The notes beneath the pieces were generated by a model, which saw only the letters and a program-made list of their open reading frames with translations, did no database searches and had not been told where the DNA came from. Shown in pieces: positions 51,855-64,000 of a DNA stretch of 64,000 nt; the first letter of the stretch is position 1; each line of letters begins with the position of its first letter. Source of the DNA: the human T2T-CHM13v2.0 reference genome, Homo sapiens. The DNA lies in assembly GCF_009914755.1 (NCBI RefSeq), contig NC_060928.1, one strand, 5' to 3'. The translations under genes and the position numbers were made by a program.

Positions 51855-52964
51855 TATAGTGTAAGAAAGAGGTCTAGTTTCAATCTTGTGCATATGGCTA
51901 GCTAGTTATCATAGCACCATTTATTGAATAGGGAATTCTTTCTCCATTGCTTGTTTTTGTCTGGTTTGCCAAAGATCAGATGGCTGTAGTTGGGTGACCT
52001 TACTTCTGGGTTCTCTATTCTGTTCCATTGGTCTATGCAACTGTTTTTGTACCAGTACCAGTTGTTTTGGTCCTATAGCCCTGTAGTATAGTTTGAAGTC
52101 GGGTGGCATGATGCCTCCAGCTTTGATTTTTGTTTTCTGGGTTTTTCTGTTGTTGTTGTTGTTGTTTTTGTTTTTGTTTTCCTTAGGATTGCCTTGGCTA
52201 TTTAGGCAGTTTTTTTGGTTCCATGTGAATTTTAAAATAGTTTTTTTTTCCCTAATTCTGTCAAGAATCTCAATGGTAGTTTAATAGGAATACCACTGAA
52301 TCTATAAATGCTTTGAGCAGTATGGCCATTTTTACAATATTTACCCTTCTTTTCCATAAGCATGAAATATTTTTCCCTTTGTGTAATCTCTGATTTCTTT
52401 GAGCACTGTTTTGTAGTTCTCCTTGTAGAGATCTTCACCTCCCTTGTTAGCTGTATTCCTAGTTATTTTAATCTTTTTGTGGCAATTTTGAACGGGATTG
52501 TGTTCCTGATTTGGCTCTTGGCTTGACTGTTGTTGATATATAGGAATATTGGTGATTTTTGCAAATTGATTTTATATCCTGAGACTTTGCTGAAGTTGTT
52601 TATCAGTTTAAGAAACTTTTGAGCTGAAACTACGAAGTTTTCTAGATATAGAATCATGTTGTCTGCCAACAGGAATAGTTTGACTTTCCCTCTTCCTATT
52701 TGGATGACCTTTATTTCTTTCTCTTGCCTGATTGCCCTGGCCAGGACTTCCAATACTATGTTGAATATCAGTGGTGAAAGAGTGCATCCTTGTCTTGTGT
52801 CAGTTTTCAAGGCAATGCTGCCAGTTTTTGCCCATTCAGTATAATCTTAGCCATGGGCTAAGAATAGACGGCTCTTATTCTTTTCAGATATGTTCCTTCA
52901 ATAGCTACTTTTTTGAGAATTTTTAACATGAAGTGGTGTTAAATTTTATCAAAAGACTTTTCTG
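50606..52964 (-). mobile_element. Old L1PA (PA13-15-like) 3' portion with internal (TA)n and (TTG)n tracts
   Basis: 3' UTR at left; ORF2 remnants on - ([17 protein letters not shown]). Confidence 0.9.
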
Positions 52965-58230
<5,266 letters not shown>

Positions 58231-58244
58231 TTTTAAGCAAACTT

Positions 58245-58922
58245 AATGGGGGACCTGTGGCCCCTTTCTTTCAGCCAATTTTTTTCCCTTTGGAAACAGG
58301 AGTATTTATCCAGTGCCTATATTCCCATTATATCTTGGAAGTGTTACTTGTTTCTTATTTTACAGGCTCACAGATGGAAGAGTCTTGCCTAATCTCAAAT
58401 GATACTTTGGACTTTTGAGTTAATGTGAAAATGAGTGATGACTTTGGGAATTATTGGAGACATGATTGTATTTTGAAATATGGTAAGAACATGAGATTTG
58501 GGAGGGCACAGAGGTGGAATGATATGGTTTGTATCTGTCCACTGAAATCTGAGGTCAAATTGTAATCCCCAGTGTTGGAAATGGAACCTGGTGGGAGGTG
58601 ACTGAATCATGGGGGTAAATCCCTGATGAATGGCTTAGCATCACCCCCTTGGTGATATTCTTGTGATACAGTTCTAGGGAGATCCAGTTGTATAATAGTG
58701 TGTAGCACCTCTCCCCTCTCTTTCTTGCTTCTGCTCCAGCCATGTAAGGTCCCTGCTCCTGCTTTGCCTTCTACCATGAGTGGAAGCTTCCTGAGTCCTC
58801 CCCAGAAGATGCTGCTATGCTTCCTGTATAGCCTGCAGAACTGTGGGCCAATTAAACCTCTTTTAGTTATGAATTATCCAATCTCAGATATTTTTATACA
58901 AATATAAGAATGAAATAATACA
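58245..58922 (+). mobile_element. MST-family MaLR internal 3' end plus 3' LTR (58520-58922)
   Basis: Polypurine tract gggagggcacagaggtggaa, then tgatatggtttg ... taataca. Confidence 0.88.
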
Positions 58923-59205
58923 CTAACCTTCCACCTTAAGCAACTCAAAAAAGAAGAGTAAACTAAACGCAAAGAAAGCAAAAAGATAGAAGTAATAAAG
59001 ATCAGAGTCTAAATAAATAAAAAATATGAAAACAGTAAAAAAAGTTGACTAAACCAAGGTTAGTTCTTTTAAGTGATTTAAACAACTGATGAAGATTTAG
59101 CTACACTGACCAAGAAAAAACAAGAGAGGACTCAAGCAAATTACTAAAATGAGGGAGTGGACATTACCACTTACCATATAGAAATAAAAGGATTATAAGG
59201 AAATT
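58923..59205 (+). mobile_element. Old L1M ORF2 fragment (continues at 61680-62205 and ~62790-63058)
   Basis: Collinear degenerate ORF2 sequence on both sides of the younger insertions. Confidence 0.75.
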
Positions 59206-59257
59206 TTATATATATAAATTATATATATATAATTGTATATGCATACAATTACATATA

Positions 59258-61679
59258 TTTTGTTTAAGGAAGCTAAAGATAGAACCCCAATCTATAGGAT
59301 TTCTGCTGAAAAATCTGCTGTTAATCTGATGGTTTTTTTTTTAAATAGGTTACTTGATGCTTTTGCCTCACAGCTCTTAAAATTCTTTCCTTAATCTTGA
59401 CTTTAGATAACCTGATGACTATATGCCTAGGTGATAACCTTTTTGTGATGAATTTCATGGGTGTTCTTTGAGCTTCTTGTATTTGAATTTCTAGATTTCC
59501 AGCAAGACCAGGGAAGTTTTCCTTGATTATTTCCTCAAATAAGTTTTCCAAACTTTTAGATTTCTCTTCTTCCTCAGGAACACCAATTGTTCTTATGCTT
59601 GGTCATTTAACATAAGCCAAATTTCTGGGAGGCTTTATTCATTTTTTAAACTCTTTTTCCTTTATCTTTTTCAGATTGGGTTAATTTGAAAGCCTTGCCT
59701 TTGAGTTCTGAAGTTCTTTCTTCTATTTGTTTTACTCCATTGTTAAAACTTTCCATGTATTTTGCATTTCTACAAGTGTGTCTTTCATTTTCAGAGTTGT
59801 GATTGTCTTTTCTCTATGATACCTGTTTCTCTGGATACGTTTTCATCCACATCCATTTTTTAATCTCTTTAAGTTGGTTTTTACCTTTCCCTGGTACCTC
59901 CTTGAGTGGTTTAATAATCAACCTTCTGAATTCTTTATCTGACAGTTCGGAAACTTCTCCTTGGTTTGGATTTATTCCTGAAGAGCTAGTGTGATCTTTG
60001 GGAGTGGTATAAATCTTGTTTTTGCATACCAGAATTACTTTTCCAGTTCCTTCTCATTTGGGTAGACTTTCAGTGAAAAGATCTGGAACTCAAGGGCTGC
60101 TGTTCAGATTCTTTTGTCTTATGGGGTGATCCCTTGAGGTGGGGTTCCCCTCCTTCCCCTAGGGATGGGGCTTCCTGAGAGCCAGACTGCAGTGATTGTT
60201 ATTGCTTGTCTGGGTCTAGCTACCAAGCAGGGATACCAGGCTCTGGGCTGGTGCTGGGGAGTGTCTGCAAAGAGTCCTATGATGTGATCCATCTTAAGGT
60301 CTCTCAGCCATGGACCAGCACCTGCTCAAGTGGAGGTGATGGGAGTAAAGTGGGATCTGTGGGAATCCTTGATTGCAGTTTTGTTTAGCATACTGGTTTC
60401 CTTGAATGTTTGTTATGCTATCAGCGAAGTTGTCACATGGACAGACTCAGGACCTCTGGTTAGCCAGGGTGTTACAGGCAGTGGAATTAGCTATTGTTTT
60501 CTCCTTTGGATCATGGTTGTTCTGTTATGAGTTGCTGTAATGGCTTGAGTTGATTGGTCTCCAGCCAGGAGGTGGTGTTTTCAAGACAGCACCAGCTGTG
60601 GTAGTAGGAGGGAGATATAAGCTTGCTCTACATTGGCCAGGATAAGTACTCACATTTCTCAGGCAATAGGCAGACCCATAGTGCTCCCAAGAGTTTGTCA
60701 TTTGTCTTCAGCTACCAGGCAGATAGAGAAAAAACATTCACTAGGGGCAGGGTTAGGCAGGTCTTAGCTCAGACCATCCTTGGGCAGGGTTTGCTGTGGC
60801 CACTGTGGGGGATGGGAGATGGTTCTCTGGCCAATGGAGTTATGTCCCCAGGTGGATTATGGCTGCCTTTGCTGCTTCATACAGGTCACCAGGGAAGTGG
60901 GGGAAAGCCAGCAGTGACAGGCCTCAGCCAGCTCCCATGCAGCCAGCAAGGCCAGTCTCACTCCTGCGATGCCCCACCAACAGCACTGAGTTTATATCCA
61001 GGCAGCTGGTGAGCAAGGCTGAGGTCTTGCACCAGCCTACAAGCCTCCCCACTGAGAAAGCAGCGCAATCCACCTGCCCATGCTGTGGGCTGTGGCTTCT
61101 GTGCTGGTATCTGTACTTCCCATTCACACCCCACCCCTTAGATTCTGCTCAGGAAAATTTGTGCTCAGTCAAAATTATTACAAAGTTTAACTATAAGCTT
61201 TCTTAATCCTGTGGCCCCTCTCCAATTCTTCTGGCTGCCTTCCCCATGGACCCCTGTGAGATAAAGCCAGGAAAGGCTTCCCTGGACTCAAGCTGGGAAC
61301 TGAGAGTGCCTATAGGGCTTTTTCTGCTGCTTCTTCTACTTTTATATTTCTCTCAGCTCTCTAAATTCATTTCAGCTCTAGGTAGGGTTAAATCCTTCTC
61401 CAATAATCTGGATTTTTTCAGGTTCCCCAATGGGGATGTGTGTTTAGAGGCAGGCTGTTCCCCCTCTTACACTTTAAGAACTCACAGTTTTTCAGCTGGC
61501 TCATGGAGTCTGTAGTGGCAAGCCACTTCTTTCAAAGGGTCTGTGAATTCTTTTAGTTTTCCTGGTATGTTCCTGCAGTGGTTCTTGGGGCAAAAGTTTA
61601 CAGTGTGAGTCTCCACATGCTCTTCTGTCTGTCCAAGTGGGAGCTGCACATTAGTCTTGTCTCCTAGATACCATTTTTT
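59258..61679 (-). mobile_element. L1PB-like 5' UTR plus partial ORF1, 3' part absent
   Basis: ORF1 remnant ENLFEEIIKENFPGLA...RHIVIRLSKVK; long 5' UTR to ~61679. Confidence 0.85.
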
Positions 61680-62205
61680 CAATATGAATAATTATATGCC
61701 AACAAATTAGATGACCTAGATAAAACGGACAAATTTCTAGAAAAACATAAATTAACAAAAGTGACTCAAGAGAGAATATAAAATCTGAATAGACTTATAA
61801 TAAGATCACAAACTTTGCACAAAGTAATGCACAGAGATGACTCCAGCGATAAATTCTACCAAAATGTTTAAAGAGCATTACTCCCTCATAAACTCTCTCA
61901 AAAAATAGAAGAGGATGGAACACTGTTTAATTTATTCTATGAAACTGATATTACTCTAATACCAAAACCACACAAAGATATCACAAGAAAACTATGGACT
62001 AATATATTTTATGATATAGAGACAAAAATCCTCTAGAAAATACTAGTAAATTGACTCTAGCAATATATAACAAGGATTATTCACCAAGATAAAGTGAGAC
62101 TTATTCCAGAAATGCAAACTTGGTTCAACATACAAAAATTAATCAGTGAAATATACCATATTAATAGAATAAAAGACAAAAACCACATGATCATTTCAAT
62201 TGACA
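61680..62205 (+). mobile_element. Old L1M ORF2 fragment
   Basis: ggttcaacatacaaaaatt...aaaaaccacatgatcatttcaat. Confidence 0.8.
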
Positions 62206-62206
62206 C

Positions 62207-62623
62207 TATATGGTTAATTTCATATGTCAACTGGAATGGACTATGAGGTACCCAGATTAAGCATTATTTCTTGGTACGTCTGTGAGAGTGTTTCCTGATG
62301 AAATTCACATTTGAATTGGAGGGCTCAGCAAAGTATATTGTTCTCCCAAATGTGGTTGGGTATCATTCAATCCATTGAAGGTCTAAATAGAACAAAAGGC
62401 AGAAGGAGGAATTGGCCTCCTTTTTTTCCTGCCTCACTGCTTCATCTGGGACATCTCATGTCATCTTCTCCTGCCCTTGGACCAGGAGTTAAATCATCAG
62501 CTCTGGTCTTCAGGTTTGGCCTTGGACTAAATTCCACCAATGGCTTTCCTGGGTCTGCAGGTTGTAGATAGAAGATCATGTGAGTTCTCAACCTCTATAA
62601 TCTTGGGAGCCAATTCCTTATTA
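62207..62623 (+). mobile_element. MLT2-family (ERVL) LTR, 3' end missing
   Basis: atggttaatttcatatgtcaactgg start; cctgggtctgcaggttgtagatagaagatc. Confidence 0.8.
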
Positions 62624-62631
62624 TAGATAGG

Positions 62632-62706
<75 letters not shown>
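62624..62706. repeat. (GATA)n tetranucleotide STR
   Basis: Directly visible compound agat array. Confidence 0.95.
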
Positions 62707-62709
<3 letters not shown>

Positions 62710-63058
62710 TGGGATACTAGCATAAGGGTACATACATACAATGTGGTACTAGCATATATAATATTTGATGCTCTCAAATATACATTGCTGCAATAGGATA
62801 AGGGTAGACATATAGATCCGAAAGTCCATAAATAAACCTCTGTTTCATACTATATACAAAAAGCAACTCAATATGAATCAAAAACCTAAATGTAAAAGCT
62901 AAAATTATAAACCTTTTAGGAGAAAACATTGGGGAAAACCCTGAACTTGGATAAGGCAATGATTTATTAAAGGTGACACTAAAAGCATAAGCACCCCTTC
63001 GTCACGAAAAGATAATCTGTACTTCATCAAAATTAAAACTCTTGTGCTCCAAAGGACA

Positions 63059-63418
63059 CTTTTTTTTTTTTAAATAGCTTTAGGAGTAAAAGTGGTTTCT
63101 GGTTACATGGATGAATTGCACAGTGGTGAAGTCTGGGATTTTAGTGCATCTGTCACCCAAATAGTGTACATTGTACTCAATAGGTAGTTTTTCACCATTC
63201 ACCTTCCAGCCTCCCCTCTTCTGAATCTCCAATATTTATTACACCACTCTGTATGCCTTTGTGCACCCATAGCTTACCTCCCACTTCTAAGTGAGAACAT
63301 GTGGTATGTGGTTTTTGATTCCTGAGTTATCTCACTTAAGATAATGGACTCCAGTTCCATCCAAGTTACTGCAAAAGAAATTATTTTATAATTATTTATA
63401 GCTGAGAAGTATTCCATG

Positions 63419-63468
<50 letters not shown>

Positions 63469-63500
63469 GTATATATATATATATGTATATGTGTATATAT

Positions 63501-63533
<33 letters not shown>

Positions 63534-64000
63534 CCACATTTTCCTTAACCACTTATTAGTTGTTGGGCACTTATGTTGGTTTCATATCTTTGCAACTGGG
63601 AATTGTGTTGTGATAAACATATGCATGCAGGTATCTTTTTAATAGAGTGACTTCTTTTCCTTTGGGTAGATACCCAGTAGTGGGATTGCTGGGTTGCATG
63701 GTAGATCTATTTTAGTTTTCTCAGAAATCTTCATACTGTTTTGCATAGAGGTTTTACTAATTTACATTCTCACCAACAGTACATAAATGTTCCCTTTTCA
63801 GCACATCCATGCCAACATCTACTGTTTTTTGACTTTTTAATAACAGCCACTCTGGCTGTGGTAAGGTGGTATCTCATAGTGGTTTTAATTTGCATTTCCC
63901 TGATGATTAGTGATGTTGAACATTTTCCAATATGTTTGTTAGCCATTTGTATATATTCTTTTGAGAAATGTCTATTTATGTCATTTGCCACTTTTTGATG
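63059..64000 (-). mobile_element. L1PB-like 3' end, runs off the window; internal (TA)n at 63420-63532
   Basis: Poly(T), PB-type 3' UTR, ORF2 C-terminus ([13 protein letters not shown]). Confidence 0.9.

Overview
This is primate (hominoid, probably human) nuclear DNA, AT-rich and mostly made of transposable elements. I found no host protein-coding exon, RNA gene, CRISPR array or prokaryotic system. Bases ~1-6.6 kb look like the long 3' UTR of an unidentified + strand gene. The rest is intergenic: 7 Alus, a twin-primed inverted L1PA2, a full-length L1PA3 with TSDs, a 3'-truncated L1PA4/5, older L1PA/PB/M fragments, a near-complete Tigger1, MaLR/ERV LTRs, MER/MIR/L2 relics, microsatellites, and a unique stretch (~47-50 kb) with a strong CTCF motif and ETS/AP-1 motifs. 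All long ORFs are L1 or Tigger1 remnants. The most unusual signal is that the two same-orientation young L1s ~23 kb apart differ at subfamily-type sites yet share ~10 clustered non-consensus substitutions, which suggests local ectopic gene conversion. Other notable items are a 203-codon read-through L1 ORF0, a template-switch-like double palindrome in a MER5 relic, and several deletion junctions. Subfamily names and consensus comparisons come from memory, not from alignments, and need checking with RepeatMasker/Dfam. I cannot claim a new biological system.
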